From positions 8,246,001-8,310,000 of the forward strand of contig CM106586.1 in NCBI GenBank assembly GCA_048013815.1: 64,000 nt of DNA, given 5' to 3'. Of this stretch, positions 37,701 through 49,379 are shown piece by piece. How positions within the stretch are numbered: the stretch's first letter is position 1; every line of letters starts with the position of its first letter. The stretch comes from Setoptus koraiensis (Eukaryota; Animalia; Arthropoda). Below the pieces are notes generated by a model that had not been told where the DNA came from, searched no databases, and worked only from the letters and a program-made list of their open reading frames with translations. A program made the translations under genes and the position numbers.

Positions 37701-40700
37701 ATTTTCGTCCCCCGTCTCACCACCAACAACCCGACGCCATCGAACGGCCTGACGCCATCGAACGACCCGACGCCTTCCGGACGACCCGCCAATCAACGCG
37801 AAGGTCTCCTCAATCAACCGCGTGCTCAGACACTTGGCCGCGCAAAAGGACGCCACCGGGTCGGGCGCGGTCTCGGGCGAGCAGGCCATGTACGACACGC
37901 TGCGCATGCTGAACGGGCAGTCGTGGGCCCCCAAGAGCACGCCCTGGTACGCGCACCACCAGGCGGCCAGCCACACGTCGACGGCGGTGAGCGCCGTAGG
38001 CGTGGCCGCCGTGCACCATTATCATGCCGCGGCGGCCATAGCCGCCACCAACGCCGCCACCGGCGGCACGGGACCCGGCGCATTCGTGAACAGCGCGGCC
38101 GGGCATCATCACCATGCGGCGGCGGCGTCGCTAGCCTCGCAAATGGCCGCCTCTCATCACCATCATCATCATCATCATCAGTATCACCAGCACACCACAA
38201 ACATAATAAACGCCACGGCGGCGGCCGCGGCCGCAGCCGCCAACTCACTTTCGCCCATCAGCAACAGCAACAACAACAACAACAACAACAGCGGCAACCA
38301 GGCGGCCCTATCGGGCCACGAAATGTCCGCGGCCGGCGCGGCCAGCACGGGACTGCAAGCGGCCAACAACCAGCAACAAAACAGCGACATTTATGGCAAC
38401 GATCACCAGCAAACAGCGACACCGTCGTCGACCACGGCAACCACAGCCAGCACCACAGGGCAATACAGCAACAGTAACCACCACCAGCAACACCAGCACC
38501 ACCACATGCCCACGAGCGCCACATCGCCGACTAGCGGCCAGCAGCACCAGCAGCAGTTATGCAACGCAAACGGGGGCAGCAGCAGCGTGAGTCCCTGCAC
38601 AACAGGTACAACTGGCACAGTGGACAGTTTGATAGGCAGCGCCGCAGCCAACAACCCGGCAGCCTCTCAGGTGACCGCGGCGGCGGCCGCAGCGCTGGCC
38701 GCTGCAGCCGCCGCGGACAACCCGCACAATCCGTGGTACCACCATTTGCATCATGCGCACGCCGCGGCAGCCGCAGCGCACCACAATCACCAGCTCAATC
38801 AGATTAATCAGCACCACCATCAGCACCACCACAATCTAGATGCGCACCACCAGCACCACCAAGTCAATCAGCACCAGTCTGTGCACCATTTGCACAACCG
38901 GCACCAGCAGCACATGCAGCAGCAGCAGCAGCCTCACCTGAGTCACCTGTCCACGGTGCAGGAGCAGGCCGCGGCCAACGGTCAGCCGCAGCAGCAAAAG
39001 GGCGGCGCCAGCAGGACGGGCTCGGCTAATTGTGATCTAGTTATCGACAACCAGTCCAACGATTGCGACATGAGCAAAGGTAATTATCTGCCCCGTTCAC
39101 CTCTGTTTTGCCTCCGTTCACCTCTGTTTGCCCTCCATTTATCCCTGTTTGCCCTGATTATCTCTGTTTGCCGTGACACTCCGTTTGCGGTGACACCCGT
39201 CGCGCCGGCCGTCGAGCCGGCCGGCAATTCGCTGCGAGCCGGCATTGGTTGCGGGCCGGCAGCCGATTGCGAGTAAGGCCACCGCTCGTAGACAGCCGCT
39301 AATTATGCGCCTGTCACCACTCATTTGCTTATCGCGCCATCATCGTCATTAATTTTTATCCTTGCAACTAATTTTGCCAGCCTACTAATGCCAGCGCAAA
39401 CCGGATAGTTGCGTCGTTAGCCTTGCGTGGGCGCTCGTTGCCAAAAGCGTCACTCAGGTGATTGTGTCGCGCATATTTGCGATGCCTGCGCTACCTGCGA
39501 TGTTCGCGATATTTGCGATATTCGCGATATTCGCGATGTTTGTGATATTAGCGATATTTGCGATATTTGCGATGTTTGTGATATTCGCGGCACTTGCGAT
39601 GCCGATGCCGGCAAGCTGGCGCGACGATGGCGCTGCCGATAAGCGCCCGATATCGCTGAATGAGCGAGTCGATTTGCGTCAATTCGCGTCAGTTTGCTCA
39701 TTTGCTGGCTGTCGGCGATTTCGCCAGATAACGATGCGGCTGATTAAGATGCTAATTGGCAGCTCCGTCGCGATAATTGTTCCTGCGCCTCGCATCGCCA
39801 GCGTGCTTGCGTCGGTTGCGTCGGTCGCGTCGGTCGCGCCGGGTCGTCATGGCGACAAAGTGCCTCGCCGAGCCGCCACAAACAGACTCTCGCCGGCTCG
39901 CCCGGCTCGAGCCGCCGGTAACGGTAGCATCAGATAGTGGCGCACGCCAGATAGCTCCGGCGCTCGAACGGCAGCGTTCGACGGCAGCGTTCGAACTTCG
40001 AAGGCAGCGCTCGAACTTGGAAGGCGACGTTCGACGGCGGCGCTCGACGCATTCTTATCTGGCTCGCCATCGCAACGACAGCTCCCATTTGCAATTAGAC
40101 AGCGGGCTCAATCAGCGCCAATTGCGCCGCATCCAGACTCGGCCAGACCGTCCGGCCGACACACTGGCCGACACACTGGCCAATCACGCGGCCTGAGCAG
40201 TGCGGCAGCGCGCCGCGAGAGGGCCGCCCAATATAGGCTGCCTATTATGTATTATGTACATAATGTGCGGTCGTATTATAGGCCGGCCCGGCCGCGTTGC
40301 CTGGCCAATGTTGGCCCGTGCTGCCACTGTGCCACTGCGGCACATTGGCGCCGGCACAGCACGTTAATTGTGCGCACTGTGTGTCGCGGGCACCATTGGC
40401 GCGCCCCAGCAAAAACAATGCTGCTCAACTCGCACTGATTGCTTGTTTATTTGGCAGCCAGTTTTGATTTAATGCAATTGTCAGCCAGTTAGCCAATGTT
40501 GCCATTGCAGCGCTAATAGAGCCAACACTGAGCGTGGCTTCATTAGCTGCCCGCGACACCGGCTCGGCCCGTTTGGGGCCCGCGGCGTCCGCAGCGGCCC
40601 AAAAGGCGCGCCAGCCGAGCACAGGCTGCACGTGCTGCACGCGCCCGACATGTTGTGCACGAGGCACGACGACGACGGATTTCTAGCGGCGGGCCCCCGA

Positions 40701-43700
40701 ATTTCTGGCGGCGCGCGGCGGTTGCTCGTTGTCATTGCGTCATCACGTCAGCGGCAGCAGCGGCGGTGGCGGCGGCGGGCGCCTCGTCAGTTGTGAGCGA
40801 GTCGCGCTTGTTCCAAATCGATTGATCGTGATATTGTCCGAATAAATCATCGCCGTACGCGCCCGCACGCGGTCGCCATATCCGGCTGTGCCCCTGTCGC
40901 TGTTGTGGATCGTTTTGAAACTGTTCGTCGTTGGCACATGCTCGCCTCGTTGTAACGTATTTCGTGGGCCATTTCAAATTGCATTTGGCGCCCCGTGTTT
41001 CACGCGCGCGCCAAGCCGCCACGTCGCCATGTCACAGCTATTAGTTGGCCAGTTGGCCACTGTGAGCTAGCTAGTGGGGCCCACGAGCCCCACTGGCCCC
41101 CACTGCCCGCGAGCGGCACAGACTGGACGCTGGCTTGTTCCGGTCGCGTGCTGCTCGGCGCACAGCCGCCGGATCGTGTGCACCGGGCGGTGCGACGGCC
41201 CGGCCCGAACTGTGCCGCCGCCGTCGGTTTCATTCGGGGCATCGCGAGACGCGTCAGAGGCACAACGGAGCTCGAGGAGCGCCGGCGTGCTTCTGACGCG
41301 GAGTATCATTTAAACGGCGAATTTTAAATGGTTGGCGCGGTGAGAATGGCCAGCGCCAGAGGTATGCGAACCAGCGCCGAGTAACCCGAGCAGCGAGCGA
41401 GGGTCCGACGAAAAGCGTTTGGTCGGCCGCGCAACCGAGCAGCGAGCCAGCTTTTGCAATTTGGCAATTTCAGTCGTGGCCATAGCCGGCGCTGATGTCT
41501 ATATCAGATTTGGCAATTGTCATTGTGATATGGTCAACCGCTATCGCTGACACTTGTGAGATTGGCAGGCCGATTGGACGGCGAGCGCGATTTCGAGCGC
41601 TCGAGAATTCGAGAATTCGACAGTTCGACGGTTCGACGGTTCGACGGTTCGACGGTTCGAGAGTTCGAGAGTGAGCAGCGCGCAAAACCGGTTTCGGCGC
41701 TCACTCGCTGGCTCACTCGCTGGCAACCTTGCTGCCGGCGAGCCCGCGAACCCGTCTCGCCAGTGGGCCGATAGTTGCGGTTGTGACAGTCACGAGGGCT
41801 GGTAGTTGTGACAGCCAGGCGAGCTGATAGTCGAGATAGCTGATAGTTGCGATAGCTGATAGGCCGTCGCTGACAGGCGAGATTGTCATCAGTATCGGTA
41901 GGTGTGCGCGTTGTCAGCCGCTTCGGCGATATGCTGGCGACAAACAAAGCCAGCATGCCCAGCGATATCCGCAGATATCCGCAGATATCCAGCGATATCC
42001 AGCGATAAGCCGCGAGCCAGCCAATTTGGGCGGCGGCATTCCGACGAGCGGCGCAGATTTCTATCGGCGTCGACAATTCGAAGCGACGCTCGCCTGACAG
42101 CTCAAAGCGACTGACGATTGTCGCCCGGCGCACACGCCAGCAATGCAAACAAATTTGTTTCGCAGCCGCTTAATTATTGTGTCCGCCGCTAACAAATTTT
42201 ACAATTTGTTGTCTTGAGCGCACTACAACTTGTGCCACATAATTAACTCTCGTTCCGGCGCCGGCCGCCAGGGCTACCTGTGTCACAGCCGACACGGGTA
42301 GCCGCCCGTGACACAGGTAGCCGTCAGGTGGCGCCGGGTTTGCGGGACGGCGCTGCTGTCGACGTGTGGCGCTGCTGTCAACGTGCGGCGACGGTAGCTC
42401 AACTTGTCGCCAGTCTCTCTTGTGTGTCTGGCCGTGGCGAACGATTTACAAATGCAAATCTCGTTATCGCACGACGAATCGCATCTGATTCGCGACGGCC
42501 GGCCAGTCGATTCGCGACGGCCGGCCAGTCGATTTGCGAAGGCCGGCCGGCCGGCCGGCCAGCCAGCGTTTGCGCTTCTCAGTTGTGCACAGCTCAATTG
42601 ACGGCCAACTGACAACTGACAACTACCAATTGACAGTTTACAGTTGACAATTGACAATTGAGACCACCGACCGGTGGCACAGGAACGTCAATTGCCTGTC
42701 GAACGGGCGGCCGGGCGACCAGCTGACCGGCCGCGCCGGCCACTGGAACTTGTGAACGGGCCGGCCACACTGACAACTTGTGAGCGCGGGCCGGCCACAC
42801 TGAGCGGGCCGGCAGCGATTGCGAGTGGATGGGCGACGCGGCACGTCGCGTGCCGTCCCACGCCGCGCGAGCACGCAAACGCACACAAATACACAACATA
42901 TAAACATACAAACACGTAACATGTAAACATTCGAGCACGTGTAAACATGCAAATAACAAGTATAAATTTACACGTGACGCGTCGATGCGCCGTGATTGTG
43001 AACATGTGAGTAATTCGAGCCTCTCTCCCACTCTCTGTATTATATCGACTCTCTGTATTATATACGCAACTCTCTGTCTGTTGCGTCATCGATGTAGACG
43101 CCGTTGGCTGCGACAATCAGGACACGGACACTTCCTCTCTGTACGGCGCCAACAACGGCCTGTCGGGCGCGTCCGAGGCCCATCAGCAGCAGCAACAAGC
43201 TTCGGCAACAATTATGATGATGCAACAACAACAACAACAACAGCCGGATAATGGCGACTACGATGTGGAGCCCATGAATGGCAACGGAACGGCAGCCAAA
43301 GCGACGCCAACGGACAACAGCGGCAACAACGGCGGGTCAGCACGCGCCGCTGCAAGCAAACAACAAATGACCAGCAACAATGACGTAACAAACGCCACAG
43401 CAAATCCAGCGACCAATCAGCTGGTTGGTGACGATGATGACGAGTGCGATGAAGATGACGAGTGCGACGATGACGACGACGACGACGGTGATGACGAAGA
43501 GGACGGCGACGATGATGATGTCGACAATGACGACGACGACGATGACGATAATGAGGACGATGACGACGACGACATGGACGACATGGACGACATGGACGAC
43601 GATCTAGATGGCGCTGGCTCGGACGGAAATGGATCGACGTCGGCAGGTAACGTTCGCATATTGAGTAATAACAACGGCACAAGCCAGGCGCAAGGCGGCG

Positions 43701-44728
43701 CCACTAGACATGCCCAATTGCACGGGCTGGATCGAAATCAAGTCAAGTGCGAGCAGCAACAACAACTCAACAACAACAACAACAACAACAACTCAAGTGG
43801 GGGCGATGCCGCCATGATGAAAAGACAATTGGGCGCCAATTATGCAGTCGACAACAACAATGGCAGCAAAAGTGGTAACAGATTGGCGAATCAGGGCGCA
43901 AAGAATGGCGCCACCAGCAAGAGCGAACTGAAGCGACTCAAGTCACTCAAGAAGAAACTACAACGCAATAGAACCTCGTTCACCCCCGAACAAATTGAGG
44001 CGCTCGAAAAAGAATTCGAACAGACGCATTATCCGGATGGGGGCGCCAGAGAGAAGCTGGCGCAAAAGATTGCGCTGCCCGAGCAACGAATACAGGTTTG
44101 GTTTTCGAACCGTCGGGCCAAGTTTAGGCGCGAAGATAAATTGCGCGATCAACGCACTAGACAAACAACGCCATCATCAACAGCGAGCAAACAATCGACA
44201 AAAACTAAATCAACAACATCGTCGTCGTCGTGCGCCTCACTGTCGTCCTCTAATGCAACGACAAACAACAACAACAACAACAACACCGTTAAACAACACC
44301 AAAACAGCAATAATACCGGCGACAAACAGTCGGCCAGCGCATTATTGCAACAACAGCAGCAGCAGCACCAACTTGTCCAGCAGCACCAGGATGGTATGAG
44401 TGGCGCGCGACAGATGGCATCAGTGTCGCCCTCGCGCCAAGACACCCAAGCGGCGGACCCGGCCGCCCCGATGGCGCCCGCCGCACTGACCGCGCCGCGA
44501 GCCACTTCCGTTAACAGCACCGTCACCAGTACCCTGTCTCCGCAGCCCGGCCCAGTTTGTGATGCCGGCTCAACGGCGGCGGCGGCGGCTGCGGCCCAGT
44601 TTGCGGCCCAGCAGCAGCAACAACAGCACCACCAGGTGAGCGACCTGCAACAGCACTACCAGCATCACCAGAACCAGTATCACCAGCAGCAGCACCAGCA
44701 GCAGCAATACGCTCACAGCCAGGCCGAA

Positions 44729-44760
<32 letters not shown>

Positions 44761-46824
44761 CCACCACCAGCAACAACAGCAGCAACAACAGCACCATCAG
44801 CACCAGCATCACCACCAGCAACAACTGCAACAACAACAACAGCACCACCACCACCAGCAACAGCAGCATCACCACCAACAACAACAGCAGCATCAGCAGC
44901 ACCACCAACAACTGCAGTTGCAGCAGCACCACCAGCACCACCAGCAACTGCACCACCAGCAACAACAACAGCAACAACAACAACAACAACAACTGTATCA
45001 AATGTCCACGGGCGACCTGTCGAGCAACCAACAGCAACAGCACAGCACCAGCTCGCCCTCGGTTGACAGCACCGGCGCGCAAATGTCCATGGACAACGTC
45101 ATTGCGCTGACGGCCTCGTCCACGCCCAACTCGTCGTCGCTGATGGACTCGACGGGCTCGCAAATGTCCGCGGCGGCCGCGGCCGCCGCCCTGGCGGCCC
45201 GATCGGCCTTCTCGTCGTCTCTTTACCCGTCCGCAATGGCGTCCGCCGCCGCCGCCAACACGCCCGGCGCCCAATCTGCGGTCGCCCACATGGACGCGGC
45301 CTCGTACAGGTGAGTAGCGAGCCAACTGGCATGGCGTCACCGCCTAACTCGTCACACTCGTCAATCACTGGCGCCCCTCTTGGCAAGCGTACTCAAAAGT
45401 AATTAACACTTATCCGTCTTCTGCCCCAATTATCTTTTATCGCCACTATCAATCTTGTCAACGCGCTTGAAAACGTCGCGAATGTCGCTATGTCACCCTC
45501 GTTCTTTTTGAATATATCGCCAATATATCATATTTATTCCAACTCGACACGTCATCGCCCAACGTAGCTCGTCGCTGTCGGGCTACTCCATGCAGCCGGC
45601 GTCCGCGATGCACCACCACCCCGGGCACGCCCACCATCATCACCATCACCATTTGGGCGCAGCGGCGGCGGCCGCCGGTACGGGCGGTCACCTGACGGGC
45701 AGTCCGACGGTCGTTGGTCACCATCAGAGCGGCGGCCCGTATTCCAGCTATATGCTACCGCCGGCGTCCAGCGCGGCGGCGGCGGCCAAGAGCGGCTACG
45801 ATCACTTGGCGGCCAGCTCGTTGCATTCGTCGGCGTACGCGGCCGCCCGAGCGGTGGCCGCCTGCAATCAAAGTGCCAATAATAGCAACACAACCACCAA
45901 CAACAACTCCGTTGGCCAGCAATCGGTGTCGCCCAATTCAACCGGCCCGGCCTCACACCAACTCTCCACGGCCTCCGTCGGTCACCACCATCCCGCCCAT
46001 CATCAGCATCACGCCCATCACGCCGCGGCTCATCATCATGCCGCTGCGGCGGCGTCGGTCATTCAGACGGCCGCCGTGGCGGCGGCTCATGCCGCAGCGG
46101 CCAGCCAACATCAGCATCACGCCCATCATTTACATCATCCCCATCATCATCATCAGCAGCACCAGCAGCCGCTACCGCACCATCATGCCCACCATCATGC
46201 CCATCATCATGCCCATCATGCCCATCATCATCCGCACCATCAGCAGCAGCAGTTACACGCGGGCGGTTCGGCGGGTGCCGCCGGAACCGGCGGCAGCAGC
46301 AGCAGCGCCACCATAGGGGTAAGTGGCGGCACTTCCGGTCACGAAAGCGCCAATCATCATCATCACAGCATGAGTCATCATCATGCCCATCATCAGCACC
46401 AACAAATGATGGCGGCAGTTGCGGCCGCCACACCCCATCACCATCATCAATTTGGCGGCATGTCTGCCGGCAGTCACGCCCACCAGGTCTCTGGGTCGGG
46501 TTCGGGCCAAACGAGCGGTCAAGCGTCGGGTGAGTGTCTCAAGAGTTGAACCTATATATCGCTCATTATTAGCTTGTGTCTACTAGCTTGCCACGCGAAT
46601 AAGGTTGCACGCGTTGGCGCGTGCCAGTATTCACGGCAAAAGATGAGCACAACGACGAGGTGACATTTGCGATCATTATTGTGTTGATGCGACTAATTTA
46701 TTTGGGTCAACTGGCGGCAAGCGACTAACTAAATTTATCTCTCTCTCTCTCTCTCTCTTTGTTAATGTTTCCTTGATTAAATCTGTTTACAGGCTACCTG
46801 CCGAGTATCTGCCTGAATACCTGA
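34778..46824 (+). CDS. Pax6: Pax6 (twin of eyeless-type), 7 coding exons, about 1613 aa: join(34778..34790,35083..35213,35441..35656,37804..39079,43098..45309,45568..46529,46793..46824)
   Basis: Paired domain, the [11 protein letters not shown] linker motif and an S50 paired-class homeodomain. All six introns are GT-AG and phase-consistent (1,0,0,1,2,1), summing to 4842 nt. [20 protein letters not shown] and MYD.LRMLNGQ fit the toy/vertebrate type better than eyeless. Confidence 0.93.
35083..35213 (+). CDS. Pax6: Pax6 exon 2 (paired domain, PAI subdomain)
   Basis: cag|GT CAC TCG...TTG CAG|gtgagt encodes [43 protein letters not shown]. Confidence 0.96.
35441..35656 (+). CDS. Pax6: Pax6 exon 3 (paired domain)
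   Basis: cag|GTG TCA AAC GGA...CCA AGC|gtaagt encodes [37 protein letters not shown]...[12 protein letters not shown]...VPS. Confidence 0.97.
37804..39079 (+). CDS. Pax6: Pax6 exon 4 (end of paired domain, linker motif, low-complexity linker)
   Basis: aag|GTC TCC TCA ATC AAC CGC = [12 protein letters not shown], then [13 protein letters not shown]...PWY; donor AAA G|gtaatt (3' boundary less certain). Confidence 0.88.
43098..45309 (+). CDS. Pax6: Pax6 exon 5 (acidic tract, homeodomain at 43958-44137, polyQ/H)
   Basis: tgtag|AC GCC GTT is phase-compatible with exon 4; [20 protein letters not shown]...[19 protein letters not shown]; donor TAC AG|gtgagt. Confidence 0.9.
45568..46529 (+). CDS. 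Pax6: Pax6 exon 6 (His/Ala/Ser-rich tail)
   Basis: cgtag|C TCG TCG is in frame with the 45590 ORF; donor TCG G|gtgagt. Confidence 0.8.
46793..46824 (+). CDS. Pax6: Pax6 putative last coding exon ([10 protein letters not shown])
   Basis: Strong polypyrimidine tract and tttacag| acceptor, phase 1. There is no conserved protein motif to confirm it. Confidence 0.55.
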
Positions 46825-49322
46825 CAACAAACAATGGCCGCCCACGCAACCCGAACCGAAGCTAATACGGGCCAACTGTGAGGGGCCCCGATTTAGGCCA
46901 CTACCAATGCCGCTAATAATGCCTCCGCCGCCGCCGCCGCCGCCGCTATCAAGTTAATGAGGGAGTCGAGTTAACAGAGCGGAGCCCGTGCCAGTATTGC
47001 GAGCGCCAGTTATGAATAGTCTGGTCTAATTTTGGCCGGCTATCTATTATTACATTGTTATACGATATTATAATTAGGGCCAGAGTGCCGAGCATTATCG
47101 CCACTATTATCGCTAGCTGCTATTATTGTCACTGGCTACAGCATTGTTGTTGCTGTTGTTGTTGCTGTGAGCAGAGCATTGTTGTCGCACGTCATTGTTG
47201 TTGCATATCATTGTTGCGTGCGTGTGTCTCGCCAAAGGGAAACGTGCAAATACCCAACCGGAACTTGATTACTATTATCATTATTATTATTATTGCTATT
47301 ACTACTATTATGATTATTCTTATTACGCAAGACACACACAGAGAGAGATTGACGCAAATTGAGACAGTTTCTCGCAGCGACGCAACACTGCACGACGAGA
47401 TGGCATCTTGGCAACAGCGGCAGCGGCAGCGACGTGAGTCACGTCGAGGAGACGTGTGGTCTAGCCAGCGCAAGAACACAGGCCAGCCACACGGCAGTTG
47501 AAACAAATAAAGCCAACAAAACAGATTGATACTTATTGATTGAGAGGTAGCGGCGCTATCGCTATCATCGACACTGGAGACAATAACAACACCATTTACA
47601 TAATACTCTCACTACATGTAATGACATGAGCAAAAACATTTGTGTAACCACCAGTGTCGCATTATAATGCGACACTGGTGCTGCCAGCGCCCGGCTTGTA
47701 ACAATAAATATACAAATAACATTATATAACACACATAACATACATATAACATACAACATACATGCGAGTGAATTTTTGAGAGGATGTACGCAGATGAATG
47801 GCACACAAGCCGCCATTGTGTCAGTGCCGATAGACAGGGCGAGCCGGTTATACAATAGTTATGTAACTGCAGCACCAACGCAATAATAATCCGATAATAA
47901 TAACTGCATAGTAATATGGTGCTAATAAATATGTGCGGCGGCAAGATAAATCTGTGCGCTGATAAATAATGATGGTGTTGTCGGCGAAGCCATCATGTCG
48001 GTGTGTGTGCAATATTCAATATAATAATATAATAATATTATAACATGAGTATTTGAGTGAGTCGTTCTCGGAAAACTGTCAGCTATCCAGTTAGTGTGAG
48101 CCGTGTTAGTTTGTAGACAGACAGAGAACAGCGATCTGCCTAAAAAGGCATCGCGACCGTGCGCAAACGGAGATTGTGTGCCTCCCGGAAGTGGCGCCCC
48201 CGATGCGCCAGCCAGAGCGGCGCTCACGTTGTAACAAATATATATATATCACCGTATATATGTGTGTTGCCATCATTTATGCACACATTAGATATATAAT
48301 CATTTATCCGCACATTGGATATATAATCATTTATCCGCACACTGGATATATAATAGACCGAATGAGTGACATAGCTGTGTGTCGCTATGCCACTCATCAT
48401 CTCGTCCATCTGTCAATGGTTTCTGTCAAATTAAAACAGTGTCGTCACCCCTATTACTAGTTGACAGCAATGTGTAATGTGTCGCATAGCGATGCCTGCC
48501 TCGGTCTAGACGAGATAGTCGGCGCAGTCGAGTGAGCCATGAGTCGATCGCGATAATCGCTTTGTCTGTCTTTGTGTGTCGTGTGTAGTGTGTGTCGTCT
48601 CTAGCGAGTCTGTCATTGGTTGATTTATCTGTTTGTTGCCAGCGTTGTTTGGCGTTGATTAACCAATGATTTGCGTTGTTTTCATGGAGCGCTCTGATTT
48701 ATGAGCAAACATATCGCACATACCGATTGCAAGTCGCAAGTCGGCCACCGTCGCATGCAACACCACTCCAGCGATACCGCGGAATAGCTCGGCTGGCGCT
48801 ATGTATCGGCTATGTATCGGCTATGTATCGGCTATGTATCTGCTATGTATCGGCGCTGTCTAGCATTGTTGGCTGCTGTTAGCGCACATAACGCGACATT
48901 AGATAATAATAATAATAATAATATTTCACTACTTGAGTACTGACAAACAATGTCAGCGTCGCTGTTATCCTATTACACTCATTAGGCAGCTCACTTCACT
49001 TGTTATTAACGTTAACTTATTAACATTTACATTAATACAAATCTCCTAATTAGCGAGCCACGGCGCTAGCTGCTGCGCCGTGCCGTGTGTGTGTGTGTCG
49101 GCGCAATTTTTCCAGGAAATGCCGCCGGTGACTCATTGGCGTAATGCACCATGGCTGTTGCGATAATTGCCAGCGACTTGGCCGACTGACAAGACGCGAC
49201 CCTGATTAGTCGCTTGTGCCGGCCAAAAGTTGTAGGTGGTGGCCCGTTTGGGCTCGTCACGGGGTTGCCCCCGCAGCGCTGGCCCCCAGACGCAGCCGGC
49301 TCGCTAGTCGGCGTGTGTCGCC

Positions 49323-49379
49323 GTGCGTCGACTGTCGTGCGTCGACTGTCGTGCGTCGACTGTCGTGCGTCGACTGTCG
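49323..49379. repeat. 14-bp tandem repeat, 4 copies (gtgcgtcgactgtc)
   Basis: Seen directly. Confidence 0.9.

Noticed and set aside
44570-45340. Long antisense ORFs over Pax6, IDH1, RPL13 and BICRA
   Set aside because: Shadow frames of real, codon-biased or repeat-rich CDSs.
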